A stretch of DNA of 64,000 nt, from the NCBI RefSeq assembly GCF_002571385.2, contig NW_019217976.1:159308-223307 (forward strand). The letters run 5' to 3'. The notes under the pieces were generated by a model. The model did no database searches. It was not told where the DNA came from and saw only the letters and a program-made list of their open reading frames with translations. Both the position numbers and the translations under genes were made by a program. Within the stretch, counting starts at the first letter, position 1, and each line of letters opens with the position of its first letter. Positions 1-13,500 of the stretch are shown here, one piece after another. Origin of the DNA: Stylophora pistillata (taxonomy: Eukaryota).

Positions 1-1351
1 GGTAATGGTAGTAATAATAATTAGTGTTTCTGACAGTATAAACTCTACTGAATCCTTTCCTCTTTAAAATTGCGAGAAGAAGAATAACAAAAAGGGTCTA
101 AAGAAACCCATGCGAGGGACAAGGTTGACATAGGGGCCGCTGTTATCGTTTACATAAATAGAGAGGCCTACTTAGCCATCAGATTAATTTCCAAGTGCTC
201 CATGGAAATGGAAGACCACCTTCTACGCAGGTTAATAGAAACAAAAATATGTGGAACCATTTTATAATTTTTTGTTAGAACAAATTAAGGGAGGTAAAAC
301 GGCTGCCAAAAGTATAAAAAAAAGTCTTCACCCCTCCCTCGTGCAAATAATTCATTCTGCTAAGTGACCACGTGATACTGTATGATGCCAGGCACTGGGT
401 ACGATAGTGAACGTAAACATGGCTGCTTTGGCGGGACGGACAAATTTATCAAGAAGATTCAACTGTAATACTCCGTTGTAAATTGGTAAAGTGGCGATTT
501 ATTGTCCTTTTTGGAATTTGACATCAGTAGGTAAAGTAAAAATGGTTTAGCTCAAATTCTGAGGGCAAAAGACCCTTATTAAAACGAGTACAAGTCGCAC
601 TGAGTCATCGTTTAATAGCTGGTGGCATGTTATGAATGGCTTTAGATTTAAGCCTTCTCTTGAGGCGTTTCGAGCAAACAAGGCCATTAAAGCACTCAAG
701 GGAGACGAGAAAGAAACGTCACCCTTTTTTTTTGGCAACAGTCACTTATTTGCTACTTGAGCGTAGGCCGTCACTAACTCGTTTATCAAGAGAAAAGGCT
801 CTGTACATAGTGCACCAAAACTCGCCAAGTTGTTTTAAAAACCCTTCGAAACCCTTCAGAATTCATTTTTAGAGAAACATGGGAAAACGAAGTAGCTTTT
901 AGCTCACACCGCTTGAAAGGAAAACTCTGTCTGAAAGCAATTTAAACATCAGACAATTTGATTTGTACAAAATGATTTATGGTAAATGTTTTGACATTGT
1001 TTGACGATAACATTCATTCACTTTTTCTCAGATACAGTGTCCTGGAAACTCCTTTCGTTGTCTTTGTCGAGGATTTCGTCAAATAGCTAGAGTAAGTATT
1101 ATTGTATAACATCAGAGAGATTTAGTAACACATACACGATCCAAGCACATGGCAAAAATTGAACTTTGCTGCCTGCCATGAATTCAATGATAAACATTTG
1201 TTTATGTCAGCGTTTTCATAAATTCTCAAATGTGTAAACTCTGTGATAAGGGTTTTCCTTTAGTTCTTGCTGTTTGTTTCACGAAAAAAAAAAACGTTGT
1301 TGCGAGTATCATCAATTCGAAATTGATTTTTTATTAATCCCAGCCACAATG

Positions 1352-3541
1352 TTAAGAAACATGACCTGCTCCGTACTTCCCTTTATACCCGTGAAGCTGT
1401 CTGTTAAAATTGTTATTATTCAGCTCGATTGCCATGTGAACTTGCTGTAACCATCGTTTCTTCCTAAAAGTCATAGCAACACCCATGCTTTCCTTCGCCG
1501 CCTCATGCATGTCTTGTCCTGTAACTCTGCTGTACATGCGAGTCAACTGCAGGCTCAAATCCTCGCTGGAGTTGGCTCGGCGACGTTGGTTGGCGCTGTG
1601 AAGGCGTTTAGGCGTTGAATGAAGGGACAGAGTTCTACGGCGTTGCTTGAGAAGCATGCCGTCAGTTTTAGAACTCTTCACCGATTTTGTTGCCGAGGAG
1701 ATGTCTATTCTAACATGATTCAAACTTAAATCATCGCTGGGTGGTTTAATGGGCGGTATTCGATCAGCTGATTCGTTTGTTTCTTCTTTTAATGTATTTT
1801 TTGCTTCATAAGGCTTTTTTTGCGAGCTCACTGCAACCTCTTGCGTGACAAAAAAGTCGTGGGCACTCTGATTTCCGGATTCATCGATAATTTGAATATC
1901 AATATTTTTGTCGCTTTTGTTTACTCCGACCAGGCTTGTGTTTGTTGAAATCAGTGGCATGCTCTCCCGCTGATCAGTTTTTGTTTCACTGTCTGTTTGT
2001 TTTTCCTTGTGATGCCTCGACGACTGGCAGAAAAAGACGATTTCGCTGTCTTCTCTCTCTCTCCATCTGTACGCTTTATGTTGATTCGCTGTGCGTCTTT
2101 CTTGATTCGCATTCTTAATTTGCAACTTGTGTTTTATGGAAGTTTCCAGTTTCGAAATATCGCCATGGCTACGCAGTTTCGAAACTGACGGTAACAAGCA
2201 ATCCGCACAAGTCGCTCGGTCGTTGTTCGATTCTTCGCTCGATTCGCTTGAATAGTTTCCCGAATCGGCACTGTCGCCTTTTTCATGAAAACTCATAATT
2301 TCGACACTTCCCGAGGAATTACCATATTTGTCACTGTGTATTGATTTCAAACTTGTACCACTTTGTCCACCTGCCGTTGGCTTATTTTTCACACTCTTGA
2401 GTTCCAAAGAGAGCTGTATCTTTGAGGTGCCAGTTTGCATATTCTCCCCGAAGCCGTCAACTTGCACTTTTTGTCCCACCACGGCACTTCGGTACGTTCT
2501 ATTTTCCATTGCCAGCAGAAGGGGGTTAGGTGAATGCTTATGGAAGACAATAGCTCTATCACGGGCGCGTTCGCACCATTTTCGCACGCGCCAGTATATT
2601 CCTAGCGTCAAACCGCATGTACTTCGAGAGCGAAACTGCTCGGCAATAAGCAGCTTGAAACACTCGGTTTTCCTGTACCTTCGTGCGATATTACACGGTG
2701 TCAGACCGTGTGCGTCCTTGGCAAGGATGCAGGCGTAGTTGTGGTGGATGAATTTCTGTAGACAATTAAGGCTGCCGTGTTGTGCGGCCTCGTGAACTGG
2801 CGTCTTTAAATGATCCGGATGCACTTCCTTGTTGCACCACTCTCGCACAGGATGCTCTCCGACCGGCTCGTCGCATCTTGCCCCGCTCTTGATCAGTTGA
2901 GTGGCGAGTTGGGTGTAATTGAAATGAGCCGCAATGAACAGCGCTACCCGAAGCTGGTACTTAAAGACTAATGGATCGTCGTGAATACTAACCATGTGTT
3001 TTATGGTCGGTGTTAACTGCCCTGAAGTGGCAGATTTAAGAAACGCACCCCAGCCATTCCATATTTCCAAACGAATCGTGTCTCCGTAATCGACGGAATA
3101 TTTCTTCAATGGGTGACAGTCATACATTTCTTTTCCCTCCAAGGAAACGAGGCGGAAAACGCTGACGTGTAGCCCTGTCTTCTCCGTAATCATCGTTTTA
3201 AAATGTCCCACTTTTGTCTCCCATACATCAAACCATTCGGTAAACTTAAGCGTTTCGTTCAAATGTGAACAGGTGACACTAAGATAAGTTTTAACATTTT
3301 CTAGCAGTTCGCATCTCAGTGTTGCACCTGGCGGAATACTAATATCCGTGAAAACCCAATCGTCTTCTAAATTCGATCCCGCGTAATTAATCGCCATAAG
3401 CATGTCGTTCTCGCCATCTTCGCTTTGCACCGTGTCCAAATCGAGTTTCTTTCGAAGAGTACCTTTTATCTCGCTCACTGTTTGCCCAACTTCTACGTCT
3501 AGTAAATGTCTAATCCTGTCGAAAAGCACAAAAATCCTCAT
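1352..3541 (-). CDS. ANKUB1: Ankyrin repeat and ubiquitin domain-containing protein 1 (single coding exon, 729 aa)
   Basis: MRIFV... start. Two tandem ubiquitin-like folds (YAGSNLEDDW..ISIPPGATLRC; GLHVSVFRL..EGKEMYDCHPLKKY..GDTIRLEIWNGW). Then KYQLRVALFIAA, VGEHPVREWC, ankyrin TPVHEAAQHG/GLTPCNIA, a low-complexity middle and C-terminal FRKKRWLQQ. All match recalled ANKUB1 motifs. Confidence 0.92.
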   Translation of the reverse strand: MRIFVLFDRIRHLLDVEVGQTVSEIKGTLRKKLDLDTVQSEDGENDMLMAINYAGSNLEDDWVFTDISIPPGATLRCELLENVKTYLSVTCSHLNETLKFTEWFDVWETKVGHFKTMITEKTGLHVSVFRLVSLEGKEMYDCHPLKKYSVDYGDTIRLEIWNGWGAFLKSATSGQLTPTIKHMVSIHDDPLVFKYQLRVALFIAAHFNYTQLATQLIKSGARCDEPVGEHPVREWCNKEVHPDHLKTPVHEAAQHGSLNCLQKFIHHNYACILAKDAHGLTPCNIARRYRKTECFKLLIAEQFRSRSTCGLTLGIYWRVRKWCERARDRAIVFHKHSPNPLLLAMENRTYRSAVVGQKVQVDGFGENMQTGTSKIQLSLELKSVKNKPTAGGQSGTSLKSIHSDKYGNSSGSVEIMSFHEKGDSADSGNYSSESSEESNNDRATCADCLLPSVSKLRSHGDISKLETSIKHKLQIKNANQERRTANQHKAYRWREREDSEIVFFCQSSRHHKEKQTDSETKTDQRESMPLISTNTSLVGVNKSDKNIDIQIIDESGNQSAHDFFVTQEVAVSSQKKPYEAKNTLKEETNESADRIPPIKPPSDDLSLNHVRIDISSATKSVKSSKTDGMLLKQRRRTLSLHSTPKRLHSANQRRRANSSEDLSLQLTRMYSRVTGQDMHEAAKESMGVAMTFRKKRWLQQVHMAIELNNNNFNRQLHGYKGKYGAGHVS

Positions 3542-6232
3542 CTTGTCAACTTTCGCTTGTGTCCGTGGTTAATCAACAGGAAAACGCAATTCTCAATTTG
3601 CCTGTATCTAGGCCCACAAACATCTGTGTACCCAAATAGCGTTTCATCACCAAGAAGCGACGCTTCAAAAATCGCTCTAGGATATTAATATTTCATTGCA
3701 GTTCAGCGAAGCTTGCCTTTGTGACGTGAAGAGGTTGATAAGCCGAAGAAAGTGCAATTAGCAGCTTAAATAATTAACACACACTACCAACCAATCGCGC
3801 CAGGTATTTAGACAATTTCATGGGTCTTTGTTACTTAAGCGAGAAATGCAAATTCAGTATAGAAAGAAAGGATGTCGAATTATTTTACCATAACAGAAGT
3901 TTTACTACTCATTGTTTAAGGTGTTTAGCAGGTTGGCCGAAACCGCTCTTATCACTTTGGGTAAAATGTTTTTCAACGGCTCGTTTAGTTCGTTATGATA
4001 TCTTCAAACTGTTTGTTTTCCTCCTCAGACTTTAAGCCATAATATAACGGATCTCTATCGTACATTCTCATCGTGTGTAAGCTGGTAGTTTTGCGCACTT
4101 TCAAGAATAGCTTGCTTTTGACAGTCATTAAGACAAGATTAGTTTCCGTTCACTTTATTAGCAACAGATCTTTGCGACAAAAGGGAGAGCTTTGCATTAT
4201 TAAGAACGATTGATCATTGTGTTTGCTCACACAAAAGCCTTTTCTAAAGCGGTGTCATTAAACTCGATCGAAACACTGTCTGTCAATGAACCTATGTTAA
4301 TTTTATTTGACTGTTAAGTTTGTTAGTTTGTGTAATGCTAAGATAACCTCGAGTTATATCCGTCTCTGCGTCCATAACTGCGAATTTACGGCCAGGGAAA
4401 TACCTTTTCTTTTTATTACCTCGGGGAAAAATAGATAATGTTGTGTCAGTAAAATTTAAAACATTACGCACCTCACGCAACGATTTACAATGCAAATTTT
4501 AAAAATATTTAAGTACCTGCTTACACCATGTATTAAGCGTCAGTGATGTGCGAACGACTCCCGCTGACTTATTAATGATGATCTTTGCACGGTACTCAAT
4601 CTTTTGAACATGCGTGGTAGTTAGCTAGCACTGCGAGTAAAAAATAACTCGCCCACCTGCTGACTTTGAATTAATTTTCTATTCGCGTTTCATAGCTATA
4701 GCATTCTGAAATACGCTTCGAAGCAAATATTTTTCTTTAAAATAAAAGCTTCATTGCTTGTACTCCATTAGTTTGAAGTGTTATGGAAAGGTGGAAATTG
4801 TTCAAGAACAAAAAAGAAAAAAAAAAGAAAATAAAAGAAAGGGTAGATGAATGTCTTTACCTGAAGAAACAAATAGTTCAAGTTTCAGAGCCATAATCGC
4901 CCAACTGTGTTCGCAATCGGAAACTAAGAAAACTAACGCAGTAATGATTTGTTTTCTCTCAAATGAAAATAAAGTCGTGTTTTTAATTAAATTGGAACCC
5001 GAAAACATTCAGGACTCCCGCGAAGCTCCAAAGGAGACTGTTGATAAAATAGGGAGGCCGGTAGCACTGAAGCACTTATTAGGCGCCTTGAAATTGTTAC
5101 AAACATCTCGCCGAGTATAACCACAAGGAGATCGAGCAATATTGCAACAACAAAAAAATACTTTGGATTATTTCTAAAGTTTAGATATAACAAAATGAAG
5201 GAACAGGCTTTTTATGCTGCTACAACTCAGCACAGAAGTTGGGTTTAAACCGCATAAGAAAAGAAACCCGACTGGGGGGCCGCTTGTCGTTCATTCTCAG
5301 GAGTAATGTTTTGTGGATTTGTTTCTTGTTGCCAAGTCACTTTTCTTGGCGCCTTTGAGGTTGCCGATCTGAAAAATGATGGGAACCCTAACTGAGATAA
5401 TCACAGCAAGGAAAACTTTTATTTTGAATTGTTAACTTGGAGACAAACTCATCCAAAAATCTGTTTGGTATATGTCATGAGTGAAATTGACGTAGAACTA
5501 CGCCCTTAAAACGAGTTTCTGTTACCTAAAAGAGATTTTTGGGACAACTTCTGGTAAGCAACCTCGTGATCATTAGACAGGACTGCTTCCCCTCCCCCCA
5601 TCGCGGGATAAATATTCTATATTTGGAGATGCCACGCAACTCATTGTACACTATTTCCAAGAAGTAGCTGCCTAGGAGATATAGGTAATCAGTAAAGAAG
5701 GACTTTAGACAAGATCTCACTTCCAACCATTTATTTATTTATTTTAGCTGCCCTGCAGTTTTACAACACATTACATTTTAAATTATAATTTATTTATTTA
5801 TTGAATTATTAATTCTAAATTAATGTTATTCTTAAATAACAAGTTCTTTAAAATAATCTTTAAGCTTGATCCTCGATACTTTCATTTTTTACCAAGTAAC
5901 GACAGTACTTACGTTTTAAAATTATTATTTGTCTTGACTAAGGTATCAATAACATGAAGCAAAAATAAATGTCTTACAGTAAATAACAGAAAAGTCGAAA
6001 CGGGATTCGCACTTATTAAAGCATTAATAAATAGCGGCAGTAGATTTTGTTTGTGTTTTACCGTCCTCCATTCTCACCGAGTCTTGTCATTTTCTTCTTT
6101 ACTACGATGACTTCTTTGATTACTTAATTAAGCCATTTTGTGTCAGGATGTCTTGAAATGGCTTATTTTAAACACTGGATTAAATGAAATTTAGGAAAGT
6201 TTGAGGAAAGTTTTTGAAATTTTCGCTGCAAT

Positions 6233-6600
6233 TCGACAGAGAGTAAACGACGAAAGCACACGATTACCATGAAAGGTGCACACGAGAGCCGACCAATGCA
6301 AAAAGGTGTGTCGAAAATGCTGCACGAAATTAAGCGAGAGTACACGACAGTCGGCGAGGGTGCACGAGAGTCAACGAGAAGGCGCAAGAGAGTAGACGAA
6401 AGTACACACGAGTCGAAAATGATACAGGAGAGCAAACGAAGGTACTAAAGCGTCGAACAAAATGCATGATACTCGATGAGGTTACACTAGAGTAGAGAAA
6501 AGTAGACGAGTCGAAATTGTTGCACGGCAGTTAACGACCGCAATGCACACGCGAGTCAAAGTGATGCACGAGCACACGAGAGGTAGCGAGTGCCAACGAA
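6233..6600. repeat. Degenerate array of (GC)ACACGAG(A)GTCGAAA-like motifs
   Basis: Roughly ten imperfect CACGAG/GAGTCGAAA motifs in a purine-rich tract. Confidence 0.55.
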
Positions 6601-8889
6601 ATTGCGTTTGTGAGTCGATGGATACAAATGATCGCGAGATTGCTGGAGCGTAAACTATAGGGGATGAATGTACAATAATTTGGAGATCGACTTGCTGATT
6701 ATCGTGCCTTAGACAAAGTGCTATGATGATATATAGAAACTGAAGTGAAAAAACAATGACTAAACAAACAGAAAGAAAAACAAATCGTATTTGAAAAATA
6801 AAATAAAATGAACAACAAGTTCTTTCTAGAGTCCCGTTTCTGTACATATGTTCTCTGTCGCCGTTAGGCAGCAATCTTTACACAGCGAAGAGCCACAACT
6901 TTGAGTGACATGCACTAGTTATACTAGAGCAGATGAACAGGCAACATTTTGGAAAACATCTTGAAATAAAAAAAGGAAAGATAATTATTTATCGCATTCA
7001 ACTGACTCTATTGAAAGCTCAATTTTCACCATATTTACTCAATGATTATTGAATTGCTCGACCTAAAGTCGTGATCATTTAATACTTACGTTTTACACCA
7101 TTTCTCCTTCAATGACAAGAGTATCACACTTAGGTGACGAATTCAAAAGCATTGTTTCTCACTTATTTAAAGATTTAAAATCACATTTATCTCACACGAT
7201 AATTTTGGTAATGAAGTTGATTGAAGTTCACTGTGTTTACCAGGGTGTACACCCACTTTAAGGGTGCGACCTACAAGCTTTGTAGAATTTTATTCATTTT
7301 GATTTTCGCAAAATTGGAATTTAAATTGCTTTTTGAAATCCTTGGTGATTAAAAAATTGGTGATTAAAAAATTTGCTCATTTTAACTTTAAAAGTTTCTT
7401 ATACTTTTATTTGACCAAAAAAAAAAATTGTATCCACGGTTAAAAAAACTTTATCGAGAACGCGTAGTTAAGTGCCATTGCCAAATGATTTTAGATTTTA
7501 GTTGAATCAATCACTTGACCTTTTACTGAAATATTTTTGAAATGTTCCACTTTTTACGGCTACCAGAACAAAAGCTTAGTCGTTTTAAACTCAGTTGACG
7601 TGCAAGTTGCTTTTAGATTGATTTTACTGGTCCTAAGTTAAAGGTGGAGTGGCTAGATTCGTTCTGACTGTGCTGTTGTAATATTCACCTTCACTGCAGG
7701 TTGTTTTCAACAAAATTCTTGTTCGATAGTGACGTTCCACATTCTTTATTACGCAGCTTTTAAAAATTGGTCGTTAAGGGACAGCCCTGCTTTGGAAGAC
7801 CTGTTTTTTTCAAAGTTAATCATTACTTGAATTGAGGGATTTTCTGTGTAGCTTATGAAATCACTGTTGGATCGGAAACCAATAAAAAACATAGACAAAC
7901 TTACAAAGGCTGTCAAAATTTCCACATGACTGAACTATGATTGGCGGAGATTGGCGGAGCCATGACTTAAAAAGATGTCACTAAAATTATATCTCTAGTC
8001 CGGACAAACTGATGTAAAAACAAACGATTAAAAAATGTAAAATATTCCTACATTTTGATAAAGCTTAAACGATTTATATGTAGTAATTAAAGAAATCTGA
8101 ACATTTTCAGTTAACCACAACCATAACTATTTGGTCGTTTGTAATAAACATTTTAAAGTCGAGCACGCTTCCCGTCCGCGAGTAGACTAGGACTGAATTA
8201 AATAAAACATTAACCATTCATCTTAATATATTAATATAACTATAAATTACGAATAATTCTATTAGAAGTACATTTATATAATTTACTTTGCCTAAAATAT
8301 TGCTGCCATTTTTTCTCTAATAAAATACTCTACTAATAATATCGTGCGTGCATATATATTTTCTTCAAGGCGTTAATTAGAGGTGAATGTTATAAAATAA
8401 ATCGTATATAATTCAATCATCTCAAACTGGAAAATCGAGAAAACGAATAACTTTGTGATGCAAAATACATATTTTAGGCGTGTGGCCTTCTCTGGAAACC
8501 TCCAAAAACAACCTACCATTTGTACAGGTAGCCTTTCGTTACGAAAGAACTTATAAAGCAAAAACTTTGTCAAGTAGTTACACCTCCTTCATTTTGAAGA
8601 TAAATAAGGCATATTAACAATATCCTATACCTATGCACTGAACAATAAATTTACCCTATCTAGCGAAGATATTTTTCAGGCGATATCAAACCTGTTTCTT
8701 TCGTAACTCAATTTTTTCATTATCGCCTGAATCAAAATATACGTCCCCAATTTTCCATTCACTCATTTGATATTCTCCCATTCATACCAGATCAAAATTC
8801 CGAATATTCCAACCAAATAAAACTGCTGGTTCCCCACCGTGCTCATCTGAGACAAAGGTAAAGTCACGTAACTCGCTGCGCCCGGTTCC

Positions 8890-8949
8890 TCAAGTTTCCG
8901 CCCAGCGGGCTAAACCCCGGTTTACCAACTCTCTGTTTATCAAGATTGT
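8890..8949 (-). CDS. AKAP1: AKAP1-like last coding exon [19 protein letters not shown]
   Basis: cttttcag|ACA ATC TTG ATA AAC AGA...TGA; matches the AKAP1 C-terminal LINRxLVxRGLAxW motif. Confidence 0.9.
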   Translation of the reverse strand, partial: TILINRELVNRGLARWAET

Positions 8950-9188
8950 CTGAAAAGTTAAACAAGATTCACTCAGATAACTTTATCGGTGAATGCATTA
9001 CTCAAAGTGAAAAATTTAATGATTGATCAGCTTGCCATGAGTCAGTTAGTAGTGAGTGAGTCTGTCAGTCTGTCTGTCTGTCTGTCAGTCTGTCTGTCTG
9101 CCAGTCTGTCTGTCTGTCAGTCAGTCTGTCTGTCAGTCTGTCTGTGTGTGTGTCTGTCTGTGTGTCTGTCTGTCGGTGTGTGTGTGTG

Positions 9189-9219
<31 letters not shown>

Positions 9220-10526
9220 GTGTCTGTATTTCTGTCTGTAAATCTGGTTGTGGGTCTGTCTATCAGTTTGTATGTCTGTTTTTATGTCATTCGCTTTTAT
9301 GTCACTTCGATCTATCATTTATCTGATCAGAAATTGGGTCGTGTTGACTTGAAATTGATATAATAAATAATTTGCTCGCTACAATGGAGAAAGGTGTATT
9401 CTGCTTAAAAATTGTACCCATAACCTTTCCTCCATTTTTAAAGTGTCTTGCATTTTGGAAGAGCAATTGACTGAAACATAAGCTATGTTTTGGAGAAACT
9501 GAGACGGCAGAAATTGACAAAAAAAACCAGAAAAACAAACAGGCAGTTAAAGAATGAAAACAAAAAACAAAGGGATACGTCAGAGATACAGTATGATACA
9601 ACGGTTATTTTGGCGCACTCAGGTTCTAGTTTCTAAAGTTATCTTTGGACTCCTGCAAGTAATTGAAATCTTACTTCTCCTCAAATTTCATTTAATTATC
9701 TTGTTAAAAATGGTTTTCAGAATAAATCAGGTCGTCAGCTAGAGGAGGTTATCTTGTTTTGACACCAAATTCTCCCAACTAAATTGTAAGGGAATGCGAA
9801 TTAGCTCTAAGGGAAAGTTAGTCATCAGATCACCCTTAAGTGTGTACCTGCTGTCCTTGCACAAGGTACAGTTCCAAGCATGGCAAACCGCTTCTGTGAC
9901 CAACAACACGGGCAGTTAACACAGCATTCATTGTTAAATCCTCCAGAACTGCACTGGCCACGCTTGAAAACGTGTCTCCTGAAACAGGTTATAAGTTGGT
10001 CAGTACATGATAAACCTGTACAATACGGGCAAAAAAATAGTAAACAAGCAAAAAATAATCCTTTCACTCCCATGACTTAAGTAGCAAATTCTCCCAGCTG
10101 CCGGTCAAAGATTTCTATCATTGAAGGTCTGGAATTTAAGCGTTAGATCGATCAATTTTCTCCACTTGATAAATTTCCTTTATCTCATCACCATTCTGCT
10201 TGAAATGGTGTTGATATTTTTAGGGATAGTGCTGGAATTATGTTTCATTGACTTCTACCGACAACCCATGAACACCACTAACCTTGAAGAGGGATCACGT
10301 TTGCAAGGTAGCATTCGATAGCTTGAAAAGGCAGCGTCAGAAAATCAGCCCTGAAAATTAATCAACAGCATTAACAAGTGGGAAATTTCTCATGTTCACA
10401 AATCTGTTCGTAAAGAGTTCACTGACAAAGGACGTGATTTAAAAAAGCAAAATGTTCTCTTTTTTGAAGGGTTAGAGTCGTTAATTAGCAAAATACAAAA
10501 TAAAGATAATATTAATAACAGTAATA

Positions 10527-10561
<35 letters not shown>

Positions 10562-13500
10562 TTATAACATGTGGAGGCAGTGTGGCCGAGTGGTTAGAGT
10601 GTCGGACTTGTAATCCGCCGGTCCCGGGTTCGAGTCCCACCCTGACCACTGGATCTGTTTCACGGGAGCCCCGAGTTCAGATCCTTGGCCACGCTTGTAA
10701 ATAGCCAACTGGTTTGGCTCCGGCCGGTTGGGGTTCTTAATGATGTTCTTATTGATGTTATGTTCAATTTAGACCATTTGTTTCATTTGTTTGCAAGGAC
10801 CACAATGGAAACTACTGGTTCACCAGTAATTGTGTAATCCTAAAAAAAGACTTTTTTTTTTATTTTTTTATTTATAACATGAAAACCATCCTCTAAGATA
10901 GAAGAAAGACAAACACTTCACTAAAACTGATTAATGAATTCTACACATCTACTGAAACAGTTAAATTTTCAAGGGCAGTAATCCATCGACCATTATCCAC
11001 AAGCTCAAAATCGATGTGCACAGATTTTTACGTGTTAGCAAAATCTTCTAATAAAGTTAAAAAAAAATTAATGAAATGGAATAAAAGCAAAACATTCAAA
11101 GAATACTGATCATCAAAATAAAACCTTGGCGTTTTTTAATTCATTTATTTTATTTCAATTTTTCTTTCTTTTTTCGTAATGTAATGTAGTTCGTGTGATA
11201 TTTTGAAGTGTTGCTATCATGCCACAATAAAAAAAAGTTAAACCTAGGGTAAAGGCTGACCAGACAAACAAGACAATAAATACTAAATAAAAGTTAAAAA
11301 AAGCATTACAAAAGGTTTACCACAGCATTGTCTTGAGATCACCCACGAATAGACCGGACTCTAGAAAGGCTGGACTGTCAACAAAACATTCCTACCCCGT
11401 CCCTCCCCTCCCCCAGCCCCCTAAGTCAATGGTTTAAAACCTATGACGTCATACATACGTCAGAAAGTGAAGTGTAAATGGTCCTCAACAGAGTACCGTC
11501 ACGTTATTTTTAGTCTTATAAGAGTGGACAAATATATACATCCTTCTTCAACAAAACATGTTGTATTGGTTGAGATTGAGCTTCTGCTTTCATGCCGGGG
11601 CGACAATTCTTCCGCATCAACTACTATCAAATGAGCAATTGACAGTGTTACCTCGCACTGGTCAATTGTCTCTAAGAGTCTAAATTCCGTTGTGAAGCCT
11701 TTTTTTAGCCAAAGATGTGTTTTCGCTAATAAACCGGAAGAAAGTCGGCAGTTTGGGGAGCAAAAAGCAAAACTAAAAAAAACCGCCCCCATCGTACCTT
11801 CAACTCTCGGATTTCAATAACAAGTACGTGCTTCAGCAAGCCTACGTCAAAATATTGGGCTTTCAAATAAGAAAAGTTTCGTTCTCTCTTTGACTTCCGA
11901 GTTGTTCTCTATCCATCACGATATGACACTTCATTTATTTATGTTGCAGCTAAGTGATTTGAAATTCAAAATGCTTCTTGTATTGTCTCTTTACTTTGGT
12001 ACTGAAAGCATTTTTCTTATCATAAACTTAACATATGTTTACTTTTAGGTATCAAAATATATATATATGTTTCTTCCCGCTCTTTTCGATTTTCACTTTA
12101 AATTATTTTGGACTAATTATTCGTTTGACATATACAAATAAAAGTTGAAATAACGTTAAAGCTCTCTTTAATTTCTGCTCTACCATCGATTCTTTATTTT
12201 CCTACATTTAAATTGTGACTATAATATTTGGTAGAAGAAGCCATCATGTAAAAGCCCTGTAGTTTCTCATGGGCTTCCTCGCCTTTTTTAGTCTTATTTT
12301 TTTACACTAACAATTTGATAATTTAATTTATGGCAAAAGAAACAAAGCATAGAACATTAAATTGTCGGAAAATCTTCACTATTATCCATAAAGTTCTTTT
12401 AGGATTAAAAATGAGCTATTTACAAGGCAAAAACAATTTAGAAAGTTAAAACCAAACATTTTCGACACTGGATAAACATCAGGATAAATAAGCACACTCC
12501 GAAAAATGGTTAAGAGCTTATGCTATTTTATTTCTTCTCGCTGGTCAACATAGGGTTTGAGAGTGTGAAAAGTATAATATTCCACACTTTACATGAATAT
12601 ATTTGTCTAGTGTTCACTGATTTTGACAACCATTCGAACCCGAACAAACTTCGCAGATTAGTTAAGGAAACATTTCTTTTATACTACCATGCTAGATGTT
12701 GCACCAGCTTTTGACGTCCACTATCGGAAAGTCATTCTCCGAATATCATATCATAGGTATCCTAGCAGGCTATTTCTGAGAATTTATGTTACTCAGTTTA
12801 ACGAAAAATCCCCTAGCTGATAATTATCTTCATTCTCATTAGCAATTTGCTTGACGGCATGTCAACATCCAGAGAAGAATTCACTTGCTGATCATACGTG
12901 AACTATCGATTTTATTGATCGTGGAAGAACTGAATCATCTTTCGCAACAATGTTCATGTTTCTGCCTATTTTTTTTAATTAAAAGAAGGCTCTCCGCGCA
13001 GTTTACACGTAGGCGATTACATCAAGACGATAGTGCACAGAGCACGAATAGTTAATTCTCAAAAAAAGAAAAAAAATGCGTAATTATCCGCCGGCTTTGC
13101 CAAACGATATCATCGAGAAGAACTGGTGTTTTAAAATAGTATGAAGTGGGAGTCATTAACCAGAAGCATCTAAACCACCTGTCATACATAATAAATGGAT
13201 TCTAGGAAAAAGAAAAACGTCAACGAAACCCATACCAAGGCTATTTTCGCTGTTGAAATGCGTTTCTGTCTAATGACTACGAAGCAACTAACAGCGAAAC
13301 GATTTGGAAGGAAGCGAATCGTTAGGGAAGAAGTACAACTTCGAGATGTTGTTCCGGCACACGAGGAATTTTTTAAAATAAATCACCATAGATGAAAGCC
13401 AGTATATCTCCGATGTAAATAAAAACCCTACCTACTTTAAAACTCGTGACCACAGAGCAAGGGGGTGTGTGTTTTAGCAACGCGCGCACAGGCGAATGAC

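Noticed and set aside
419-481. AAACATGGCT-initiated ORF as a gene start
   Set aside because: Stops after ~20 codons with no convincing donor or downstream exons
2328-2738. 136-aa plus-strand ORF (also 14615-15001)
   Set aside because: Antisense shadows of real coding exons, with no recognisable motifs
8989-9363. ORFs rich in SVCL/TDRQ
   Set aside because: Translations of a (CTGT)n microsatellite
10575-10650. Functional tRNA-Thr(UGU) gene
   Set aside because: Acceptor stem is poor, and the sequence continues into a SINE body with a tail and TSD
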